A stretch of 23,901 nucleotides of DNA from Oligoflexus sp. Its GTDB lineage: Bacteria; Bdellovibrionota_B; Oligoflexia; Oligoflexales; Oligoflexaceae. The notes under the pieces were generated by a model. The model searched no databases, had not been told where the DNA came from, and saw nothing but the letters and a program-made list of their open reading frames with translations. The stretch is from NCBI GenBank assembly GCA_041736305.1, contig JBGSTX010000362.1:1-23901 (forward strand), read 5' to 3'. Positions 1 through 7,144 of the stretch are shown here, in pieces. The position numbers were made by a program, and so were the translations under genes. The first letter of the stretch is position 1. The number at the start of each line of letters is the position of its first letter.

Positions 1-2
1 TG

Positions 3-881
3 CAGACCACAACCTATACTCTAGAAGCACGCGGCGTCACAGGAGAAGTAGTCAGAAGTCGACTAACCATTACTGTCAAATCCCGTCTCCCTGAAATTCG
101 GCAATTCTGGGCCGATCAGACCGATATTTTGCCCGGACAGAAGGCTGTTCTTAGCTGGGACATTGGTTTTTGTGCGAAAGCAGAATTAGTTACCGACCGC
201 CGCATACCGGTTCCCTGTACAGGTTCGTGGGCCGTAACGCCCACTCAAAGCACCAACTATAGCATTGTAGCTACAGGCTTTAATGGCGAATTGAACAACC
301 AAATTATTAATATAACAGTGGGAGTACCGGAGAAGGTTCTGACTATTGGGTACTTCTATGCCGACAATTCCATCGTGAGTTCAGGTGAGTCCACCACGTT
401 GCGCTGGAAAGCTGAAAATTGCAGTAGCATCGTCATGGATGGAACGAACGCTGTGCTACCATGCGAGGGAAGTCTTGTTGTTCAGCCACGCGCTTCTCAA
501 ATCTTCAATCTGACTGCTTACAGCAGCGATGGTCAAAAACAGCTTCGAAGTAGCGTTAGTGTGAGCGTGAGCGCACCCCTCCAGCCAGCCCCTATTATCG
601 AGTATTTCTTTGCATCATCGCCATCCATCAAGTGGGATGGCAAAACTACCCTTTACTGGAAAGTCACACAATCGGCAAAAGTTGAGCTGATAGGCGATCG
701 CGCGCAAATAGTTGCCAGCGCCGGAGCTCAAGACTTGCAGCTTAAGGACAGCAGGACTTTCGTTCTGCGGGTGACCGGTCTGAACAATGAACTTATAGAC
801 ACTCCCATCTCCATCACGGTTGCGCCTCCAACTACTGACGATTTAACCTCGATTCTACTCAAGGAAATGCTGGGAGGTTGA
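3..881 (+). CDS. 5'-truncated surface/secreted protein made of tandem ~85-aa Ig-like (PKD-like) beta-sandwich repeats
   Basis: The frame is open from base 3 (QTTTYTLEARGVTGEVVRSRLTITVKSRLPEIRQFWADQTDILPGQK...) through the 129..881 ORF. The unit F-x-A-x4-I-x2-G-x3-(T/V)L-x-W ... GS-x2-V-x-P ... (Y/F)-x-L-x-A-x-G ... V-x-V recurs three full times plus a partial copy. The start lies outside the window. Confidence 0.8.
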   Translation, partial: QTTTYTLEARGVTGEVVRSRLTITVKSRLPEIRQFWADQTDILPGQKAVLSWDIGFCAKAELVTDRRIPVPCTGSWAVTPTQSTNYSIVATGFNGELNNQIINITVGVPEKVLTIGYFYADNSIVSSGESTTLRWKAENCSSIVMDGTNAVLPCEGSLVVQPRASQIFNLTAYSSDGQKQLRSSVSVSVSAPLQPAPIIEYFFASSPSIKWDGKTTLYWKVTQSAKVELIGDRAQIVASAGAQDLQLKDSRTFVLRVTGLNNELIDTPISITVAPPTTDDLTSILLKEMLGG

Positions 882-925
882 TAAATTTAGGACGGCTGTG
901 GAACGTTAACTTATAAGGTCCAGCC

Positions 926-1022
926 AAGACCTGATTGTCTGTAATGATGCGATGGCTGATAGGAGGAGGACTCCCACAAAGCTTTCGCAATACACGCTCT
1001 AAGACTTAGACAATCAGGGCTT
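926..1022. repeat. Intergenic inverted repeat (14/15 bp, 11 bp perfect core) enclosing 67 nt
   Basis: aagaCCTGATTGTCT (926-940) versus AGACAATCAGGgctt (1008-1022). Confidence 0.6.
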
Positions 1023-1152
1023 CTCCCTGCACACACCAGTTTTGTCGTGAAAGATCCTCTCTTTAAGGTTTCTTCGCTCCAGCATTGTAAAAAATCAAGA
1101 AACATTTTGCTGCGTAAGAAGCATTTAGCGAAGTCATTACTATAGTTTGCGA

Positions 1153-1169
1153 CTGGCATAGCCGCTGCA
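1153..1169 (+). promoter_or_regulatory. Putative sigma-54 (-24/-12) promoter of the 1210 lipoprotein gene
   Basis: CTGGCATAGCCGCTGCA has GG-N10-GC spacing, is close to the TGGCAC-N5-TTGC consensus, and lies 40 nt upstream of the ATG. Confidence 0.6.
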
Positions 1170-1209
1170 ATCCTAAGGGAAATCACTTTCATTCGAAGAG
1201 GGAACAGCA

Positions 1210-1815
1210 ATGAAGCAGCGACATATCTTACTTTGCATCAGCATTCTTACAGGGACTGTTGCTTGTGGCGAAAAGAGTCCTAGCTACTACTCTGCACCTG
1301 TCGCAAAAGAAGTGTCGACTGCAAAAGATTCTCCTGTTTCCGTTGCTTCTTCAGCCGATAACATTGCTAACACAAGTCCTTCAAAAACGCAGGAATCTGC
1401 TGGCGAAACGTCTACTACGAACGTAGAAGGTGTGGTTCTTTCGAGTCAGGACACCTCAGTCCCGCCAACAAAAGTCCCCGCTGCCTTGAGTCCCATGATG
1501 AGTGCAGCTATAGAAACCATAGAGGCCTCTCAGTTGACGGCGGCTGGAAAATCAAAATTGAAAGGCCCAATACAGAACCTCATTCAAGCCGTGGAATCTG
1601 GTACTGCAGCTAATGTCGCTGAGGCCCAAGCTAATCTCGATAAAATGCTCGCTGGAGGAGGAGGGTTCGAGATTAAGATCTCGGGTTCCGTTGGAGCTAA
1701 TGGTGCCAAAGGCTCGGTTAACGTAGGAGGAGCCAACCTAGTTTCTGCTGTCAAAGCTGCAAATCTTTTAGGAGTGAAGAAAGCTGTAAGCGATATCATA
1801 GCGCTCGCTCCCTGA
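1210..1815 (+). CDS. Hypothetical lipoprotein (Ser/Thr/Pro-rich tether plus Ala/Gly-rich helical C-terminal domain)
   Basis: SD-like GAGGGA before the ATG; signal peptide MKQRHILLCISILTGTVA-C with lipobox TVAC; low-complexity linker follows. Confidence 0.8.
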   Translation: MKQRHILLCISILTGTVACGEKSPSYYSAPVAKEVSTAKDSPVSVASSADNIANTSPSKTQESAGETSTTNVEGVVLSSQDTSVPPTKVPAALSPMMSAAIETIEASQLTAAGKSKLKGPIQNLIQAVESGTAANVAEAQANLDKMLAGGGGFEIKISGSVGANGAKGSVNVGGANLVSAVKAANLLGVKKAVSDIIALAP

Positions 1816-1882
1816 GGCATCCTGCAGTCTCTTTGAAAATTCGAGATGTTGCCAGCGTCGTAGCTTCTCAAATTTCTCGTTA

Positions 1883-1923
1883 CCAAAGAAAAAAGCCAGC
1901 GCCGCGCGGGATTTTTTCTTTGG
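1883..1923. terminator. Probable bidirectional terminator between convergent genes
   Basis: CCAAAGAAAAAA ... GC-rich imperfect stem ... TTTTTTCTTTGG (12-bp inverted repeat with A/T tracts on both sides). Confidence 0.6.
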
Positions 1924-1949
1924 AGCGATGCATTTTCCAAACAATACTA

Positions 1950-2783
1950 CTATAGCTCTGAGTAATCAAAACGGGCCAGGAATGCCTTGGATTCCGAAGA
2001 ATTCAGGTCGACGTACGAAGCTTCACCCCGGCTGAATATTCCAGATGATCCGCCGGACGAGGCAACTCCAATCAGTTCGCCATTTCGAAACATGGGCCCA
2101 CCTGAATCACCATTACCGGCTGATGCCTTCTCTCCGCTTTCTCCCGTGCTGCTGTTTTTCACGAGGCCAACGATGTTGATGAAGCCGTCTTGGACGGCAG
2201 CAATCGTGTTGCGCCCAACCCGTTTCTTGTCGTCACCTTTTTTGCCGAAAGTCGACATATCGTAATAGCCGTAGCCGAGAATTTCAATAGCCTCTCCGCT
2301 CACAGCTGGGACCCTGCTGAGCTTGGCCTGGCCACGGGGGCGCTCATCTTCGCTTGCTTCGGCTGTTTTCAATATGGCTAGATCATAGCGGTTGAAACCT
2401 TTTTTAGCTTCCCACTGCTTCTGACGCCAAGTCTCTAGGACCTTGGTGACAAGACGAGTCTTCTTGGGCATGGTGCTATGGTCGGTGACTTCAAAAACCA
2501 CGATCTCCACATCCTGCACGCGACCTTCGGCGTCTGATGGACCTTCGCCTGTGCAATGCGCAGCGGTAAGAATAGTGTTGGGACCGATCCACGTTCCGGT
2601 GCAGGCAGATCCACCTTGGAGCTTGCCGTTTTCGTAAACCCGACGATAGATGTTCACTACCTCCGGGCGATCACTCTCCAAAATGACTGTGCCGTTGGTG
2701 ACTTTTACTTCAGCCGCATTTTTGTCTCCGCAGGCGGACGCTAAAAAAAGGCTGCTGCAGATGAGCGCAGAAATTGAGCGCAT
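1950..2783 (-). CDS. Trypsin-like (S1) serine protease, lipoprotein
   Basis: Catalytic motifs TAAHC, YDLA and GDSGGP. The start is likely ATG 2783 (MRSISALICSSLFLASA-C, lipobox ASAC) with SD GAGGGA. A zymogen-like K|VTNG follows. Confidence 0.92.
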   Translation of the reverse strand: MRSISALICSSLFLASACGDKNAAEVKVTNGTVILESDRPEVVNIYRRVYENGKLQGGSACTGTWIGPNTILTAAHCTGEGPSDAEGRVQDVEIVVFEVTDHSTMPKKTRLVTKVLETWRQKQWEAKKGFNRYDLAILKTAEASEDERPRGQAKLSRVPAVSGEAIEILGYGYYDMSTFGKKGDDKKRVGRNTIAAVQDGFINIVGLVKNSSTGESGEKASAGNGDSGGPMFRNGELIGVASSGGSSGIFSRGEASYVDLNSSESKAFLARFDYSEL

Positions 2784-2891
2784 AATCCCTCGTATATATT
2801 CGTGGCCTGGAAATTCCACAGCAGTCTTAGCAGAAAAAGAGAAAAAGCTGCAAGTCGGCTCAAAAGCCTGGCCCGTGCCGCTTGCTTGAAT

Positions 2892-2932
2892 AAAAAAAAT
2901 CAGGAGGAAGGCCTTTTTCGGCTATCCTCCTG
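2892..2932 (-). terminator. Rho-independent terminator after the 4792->2959 operon
   Basis: On the minus strand, the stem-loop CAGGAGGA TAGCC GAAAAA GGCCT TCCTCCTG is followed by ATTTTTTTT. Confidence 0.75.
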
Positions 2933-2958
2933 CTCATTGTGCTTCAAATACTTTTGTT

Positions 2959-4200
2959 TTACGAAGCCTTCGCTGGCGCCTGCTGTCCCAGAAACTTCAC
3001 CTGAAAAATCACGCGGGTCTTATCACCCTTATTGAAGCTCGGCTTTCTGCCTCTCTTCGAAGACTTGAATTCATCGCTCCCACCAAGAGCTGCATCCATA
3101 TCCAGCGATTGGGCCATTTTCGCCACGAGGTTCCTGAACGATTCGCGAATAGTTTGATCTCGGGCGATCATGCGGATCAAATCGCCAAAGAAAGGCTCCT
3201 TGGAAAAACCGGCCATGGCGGTGATTAGTTCGCGGCCAAGCTCTTTATGGTCGACTTCAGCCACTTTCTTAAGGAGCAAAGCTATATGCTGCAGGAACAC
3301 TTTACGGCAAAGCTGAGATTCTTGATCCGGTAGCTGCAAAAGATACTGGCTCAATGCCTGGATGAAGAGAGCAAAGCGCTCCGGCTTCTTGAGCAGGTAG
3401 TGCCGCCAGGTCTCCTGGAGAATAGTCTGGGCATGAGCATCAGCTTCCAAAATGTTGGGGAGGTTTTCCAGCAGGAACTGGAGGGCTACCGCTTCGGTCT
3501 TCTTATTGAAGAGGAGCGTAAAGAGATGTTCCAGTACGGTGTGACCAAAGCGCCCCATGATCCGATTAAACCCAACCTTATTCGACTTGCCCTTGTCGAG
3601 CTTGCCGAAATAATGGAAGAGGCTGAGGCGGATGCAGTTGTCGTTGCTGTTGCTCACAGAGAGCAGATAAGTCGAGATGTGATCGAGAAGCTTTTGACCG
3701 GCAGGTCCAAATTCGTTAGAATTCGCCTGCTGCTGGACGCGAATGATACTGCCCAACTCACAGATGAGGGCTACGGCGATCGAAAATATCTCATCCATAT
3801 GCTCAGTCTCAGAGACTTCGGAAGCGATGGATAGTTCGACGAAACGCATGCATGCTTCCAGCCGATTGGGCTGATTCGTCAAATCATGCAAAAAGCTCAT
3901 GAGAATGTCTTCGTTCTGGCCGTTTGCAAAGATGACGAGCAGAGTCTCGATGAGGATTTCGTTGGGTAGACGACGTTCGACCTGTTCGCCGAATCGAAGA
4001 GCGCAAAAGCCGACAAAGCTTTTGATCTGCGCGTCATCCAACACTTTTCGAAAGTGTTTGAAATCCTTCCAGGTCAAGAGCACCCCAGCGTCCACCAGCA
4101 TTTTCGCATCGTCTAGCGTCTCGAAGATCTTCCAACTCGACCCGATATCTTGAGGGATCGTCTCCAACATCGGTATTTTTTCGTCGTTTGCGTTCGACAT
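2959..4200 (-). CDS. Hypothetical all-alpha (ARM/HEAT-like) cytoplasmic protein with a basic C-terminal tail
   Basis: 413-aa ORF with SD GGAG; starts 10 nt after the upstream stop; Leu-rich amphipathic helices; tail KSSKRGRKPSF. Confidence 0.8.
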   Translation of the reverse strand: MSNANDEKIPMLETIPQDIGSSWKIFETLDDAKMLVDAGVLLTWKDFKHFRKVLDDAQIKSFVGFCALRFGEQVERRLPNEILIETLLVIFANGQNEDILMSFLHDLTNQPNRLEACMRFVELSIASEVSETEHMDEIFSIAVALICELGSIIRVQQQANSNEFGPAGQKLLDHISTYLLSVSNSNDNCIRLSLFHYFGKLDKGKSNKVGFNRIMGRFGHTVLEHLFTLLFNKKTEAVALQFLLENLPNILEADAHAQTILQETWRHYLLKKPERFALFIQALSQYLLQLPDQESQLCRKVFLQHIALLLKKVAEVDHKELGRELITAMAGFSKEPFFGDLIRMIARDQTIRESFRNLVAKMAQSLDMDAALGGSDEFKSSKRGRKPSFNKGDKTRVIFQVKFLGQQAPAKAS

Positions 4201-4210
4201 TCGATTCTCC

Positions 4211-4792
4211 TCAGCGCGAAGCGAAGCGGCCTAGGTCGCCGCGTGAATTGGATTCATTTACAAGCTGCTGGATGCTATCCTGAATGCTCTGATCTATTCT
4301 GGTGAACATGAGACCATAGCCAATGGGATACTTCTCATCGCGGTTGAACCGCATGACCTTGGCTTCGGCATTGAATGCTTTTGAAAGGCCCTCGCAGCGA
4401 AGCGAGAGCTTCAGCAAGTCTCCGACAGTGAAGATCTGATCGTCTGTCTCGATGAAGACGCCACCAGTAGAGATGTTGACGCTTCGTCCTATTGATACCT
4501 GACCGTTGTTGTGCACCACAGCGCGTCCAGTGATTGTCGCGCGGGGGGCGCTCAGTTTGCGTTTATCGACGTGGGCCTCGTATTCTACGGGGCTCATGCT
4601 TGCCTTACTAGGGTTTGGCAGGCCGAGAATCTCGTAGCCTTCTTCAACGGGACGCCAGTCTTTCCAACCGATCTTGAAAATATAGCCATCTTTAGCGATC
4701 ATGTTAGTTAGGAAGAGCTGAGTTACTTGCTCATCATCGAATGGACCCTCTTGCTGCCCGTTTTGATACAGATACCAAGCTTGTTCGCTCAT
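4211..4792 (-). CDS. GYF_2 (DUF4339) plus PilZ domain protein
   Basis: N-terminal WYLYQNGQQEGPF...YIFKIGWKDW is a GYF_2 pattern. C-terminal APR...NISTGGVFI...AEAKVMR...GYGLMF is a PilZ pattern. Confidence 0.85.
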   Translation of the reverse strand: MSEQAWYLYQNGQQEGPFDDEQVTQLFLTNMIAKDGYIFKIGWKDWRPVEEGYEILGLPNPSKASMSPVEYEAHVDKRKLSAPRATITGRAVVHNNGQVSIGRSVNISTGGVFIETDDQIFTVGDLLKLSLRCEGLSKAFNAEAKVMRFNRDEKYPIGYGLMFTRIDQSIQDSIQQLVNESNSRGDLGRFASR

Positions 4793-4853
4793 AAACTTTC
4801 CCTATGCGGTCCACTCTACTGAGGGGACATTCGAATCGAAGCAGACTCCCTAA

Positions 4854-4880
4854 TTATCGGTATAAGCTGCAAAGCCTTTA
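4854..4880 (-). promoter_or_regulatory. Putative FliA/sigma-28 promoter
   Basis: Minus strand TAAA-ggctttgcagcttat (15 nt)-ACCGATAA versus consensus TAAA-N15-GCCGATAA; 61 nt upstream of the ATG at 4792. Confidence 0.75.
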
Positions 4881-4980
4881 GACCGAACTTGAAATGTCAT
4901 GAGTAGGGCAATAAATCTCAGTAACTTAGCAAAATGTATTTAGAAGGAAAAAAATGCTTACGATTTGGCTTTTTGAAAAA

Positions 4981-5589
4981 ATGCGTTGCAAGAGCCTTTT
5001 GTGGCCAATTCTTACCTCTCTTACTTTAGTCTTAGCTGGCCCAGCTGAAGCTGCTTTGGATTGGACTAAATCGCCCTCGGAAGCGGCTTGGAAGAGCTTT
5101 GTGCGCCTGCCCCTCAAGAAAAAGGCTAGCCTCTGGAATAACATGCAAAAGCAGAAAATTAGCTTCGATTCCCTAGCTTGGGAATGGCGCCTGGGTTGGG
5201 TGAGGGCTTGCGCCGCTAGTAACGAGGCTTGGTGCTCGATCCTTCTGCAGCAAGGCCTTTTCGATCGCGCGCTCGTAGTTCGAGCGGAGACAGCTGCTCG
5301 TCTCGGTGATAGATTTGCGGGGACTGGGCATCTCCCGGCGCTACGCCTCTTGTCGACAGCGTACGCCGTGCAGCAAAATCGTCGAGTTCAATCGTCCAAG
5401 AACCCTGCGCAAGAGCCGCTCTTCGTCCAATTTCGTATCCTGCATGCGATCAAGCAGATCGGGGGCAATGCAGGGATAGAATTAGGCGAGCGGCTAGCAA
5501 AAGGTACGCAGGGTACAGCTCACTATTGGAACCTTTTAGCACGTGATTCCTCGGACCTTAGCCGAGCAGGGAAGAAGGAGGCGCTGTAA
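4981..5589 (+). CDS. Secreted hypothetical protein with HEAT-like helical repeats
   Basis: Signal peptide MRCKSLLWPILTSLTLVLAGPAEA; HEAT-like segment LQQGLFDRALVVRAETAARLG. The start could alternatively be 4954. Confidence 0.7.
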   Translation: MRCKSLLWPILTSLTLVLAGPAEAALDWTKSPSEAAWKSFVRLPLKKKASLWNNMQKQKISFDSLAWEWRLGWVRACAASNEAWCSILLQQGLFDRALVVRAETAARLGDRFAGTGHLPALRLLSTAYAVQQNRRVQSSKNPAQEPLFVQFRILHAIKQIGGNAGIELGERLAKGTQGTAHYWNLLARDSSDLSRAGKKEAL

Positions 5590-5624
5590 ACGCTGCCCCC
5601 GCAATCCCTGCGCTCGCGGCGCCT

Positions 5625-6740
5625 TTACTGTCTGGTCGGAGCGCTCCTGCGAAATTCCTGGGCGCGCTTATAAATGAAGCGGCGAGCTCGGTTGAAGTTA
5701 CCAACTCCCTCGTGATCGACGAGGGAATTTATGGGTGTGAATTCCAGATTTTCACAAACTTCGCTCCGATCAGGTAGCTGCTTGGGGAATTTGATTGTGG
5801 CGACCAGCTGGGCTGGAGATTTCCACTCTTCCGCAAAATCTTCGACAGGCTCACGCTTCGGATCGGTTTGGAGCTGGACCATAAAGTTATAGCAGATCTC
5901 TGCGGTCTGGGCTTGCTGATCGAGATCTTTCGTAAGGTATTCCTCGCCATCGTCTTTGCTAGCCAGAGCTTGCCGCTCTGTACAGGGCTCAACCAAATAT
6001 TTCATCAGTTGTTGGGGCCCTAGTCGGAAAGCGGTACGGCTCCAGTAGGACTCTTTGATCAAACTCTCAACTTTGCGGGACGTCTGCTTGAGAAGTGTGA
6101 CGGTAAGTCGGGGGTGAGTAGCAAGAAAAGCCACATTTTTAACGCCTCCTGCGTTAGATGCCTCGATATAGTCCATAAGCTCGACGATATTTTTTGCATG
6201 ATGAGAAGGGGCACTGGTCATAAGAAAGTCCTGCGTAGCACTTTCCGGAGCATCAGCAATACTAGTCCCCGACACTCCCATGACCTTCAGAGCGAATCCC
6301 CGCAGATCACGCTCAGCATCACCCTGGGCGATTCCTGATCCGTTTGATAGCCGCACTTTCACATCATAATTTGCTGGATTCTTAAAGACGCCATGGGCCA
6401 GGCGAGGATCGATTTTATTGACGGTCATCTGCCCGCTGAGGCAACCTTGTCCTTTGGCATGCATACCGCGACGAATTACTTGATCGTTATACTTGCTCTG
6501 GTTTTTCGTCTGCTGATCCTGATGCACCGCAAAGAATCGATCCGCTGTTTCGCGGAGAAAAGCTTCCTCGTTGGCTGGGATATACTCTTCATTCAATCCC
6601 AAGTCCTTCGCCTTATCGTAGTCAGGTTTGGAATCATTTTTAAAAAGCTTAGCTTCCGAATCTTGAGGAGTAGTGGGCTTGCAAGAGGAATGCGATAAAC
6701 TCAGTAGACCAATACTTACGAGCAAGAATTTCATCGTCAT
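5625..6740 (-). CDS. Catalase-related (short, catalase-fold) heme protein, probable lipoprotein
   Basis: Distal-His motif RRGMHAKG, RLSNGSG, DLRGFALK, QDFLM, and proximal-Tyr motif NRARRFIY. N-terminal hydrophobic signal ends in SSC. Confidence 0.85.
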   Translation of the reverse strand: MTMKFLLVSIGLLSLSHSSCKPTTPQDSEAKLFKNDSKPDYDKAKDLGLNEEYIPANEEAFLRETADRFFAVHQDQQTKNQSKYNDQVIRRGMHAKGQGCLSGQMTVNKIDPRLAHGVFKNPANYDVKVRLSNGSGIAQGDAERDLRGFALKVMGVSGTSIADAPESATQDFLMTSAPSHHAKNIVELMDYIEASNAGGVKNVAFLATHPRLTVTLLKQTSRKVESLIKESYWSRTAFRLGPQQLMKYLVEPCTERQALASKDDGEEYLTKDLDQQAQTAEICYNFMVQLQTDPKREPVEDFAEEWKSPAQLVATIKFPKQLPDRSEVCENLEFTPINSLVDHEGVGNFNRARRFIYKRAQEFRRSAPTRQ

Positions 6741-6870
6741 TCCTTTGGTAAATTAGGCTCGAGTACAGTGAATTTTTTCACCAATCGAGGCATAGAATAT
6801 TTAGTTGTTGTTAAATGTTACGGATTAGATAGGGGAATGGCAATAATATTCGCGACTGCATGACATGCTC

Positions 6871-6923
6871 AAAAAGCAGAAGACCCCTTTACTTGCGCCA
6901 ATAACGCCGGCAAAGGGGTCTTC
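6871..6923 (-). terminator. Stem-loop/terminator downstream of tRNA-Arg
   Basis: GAAGACCCCTTT (6879-6890) / AAAGGGGTCTTC (6912-6923) is a perfect 12-bp inverted repeat, followed on the minus strand by TGCTTTTT. Confidence 0.65.
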
Positions 6924-6964
6924 GATAATTTCCAAAAGATCTAAAATCTTTAGTATTTGCAGAG

Positions 6965-7038
6965 CGATCGCGACAGGATTTGAACCTGTGACCGCAGGAT
7001 TAGAAATCCTGTGCTCTATCCAACTGAGCTACGCGACC
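6965..7038 (-). tRNA. tRNA-Arg (anticodon TCT), CCA not encoded
   Basis: GGTCGCG TA GCTC AGTTGGATA GAGC A CAGGA TTTCTAA TCCTG CGGTC ACAGG TTCAAAT CCTGT CGCGATC G forms a full cloverleaf with the A20 Arg identity element and anticodon TCT. Confidence 0.97.
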
Positions 7039-7049
7039 TCGGAGCCGGA

Positions 7050-7078
7050 ATACTACCTGCGGTGATGGTGGAGGTCAA
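7050..7078 (-). promoter_or_regulatory. Putative sigma-70 promoter of tRNA-Arg
   Basis: TTGACC-N17-TAGTAT ending 11 nt upstream of the tRNA 5' end. Confidence 0.65.
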
Positions 7079-7144
7079 TCCTTGCTTAGGATCCTGAGGG
7101 AGGATGAGAGCGCTCCATCTTCAAATTTTTATGGGCACATGCTT

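Noticed and set aside
694-702. GCGATCGCG matching the tRNA 3' end (possible att duplicate)
   Set aside because: Only 9 bp, inside a CDS, and no integrase nearby; expected by chance.
911-1210. 99-aa minus-strand ORF in the intergenic region
   Set aside because: No SD or recognisable motif, and it overlaps the promoter of the 1210 gene; likely spurious.
1354-1361. Perfect GCCGATAA sigma-28 -10 box
   Set aside because: Inside a CDS with no TAAA-like -35 at 15 nt spacing.
2915-2922. GCCGAAAA on the minus strand upstream of the protease gene
   Set aside because: It is part of the terminator stem-loop and lacks a -35 element.
5579-5624. Imperfect GC-rich inverted repeat between convergent genes
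   Set aside because: Probably an ordinary weak terminator; several mismatches and no second copy seen to call it a REP.
6998-7008. CTA within the tRNA anticodon loop, suggesting an amber suppressor
   Set aside because: The 7-nt loop TTTCTAA places TCT at positions 34-36, and A20 supports Arg identity.
6865-7065. 66-aa + strand ORF
   Set aside because: It is the antisense reading of the tRNA-Arg gene and its terminator.
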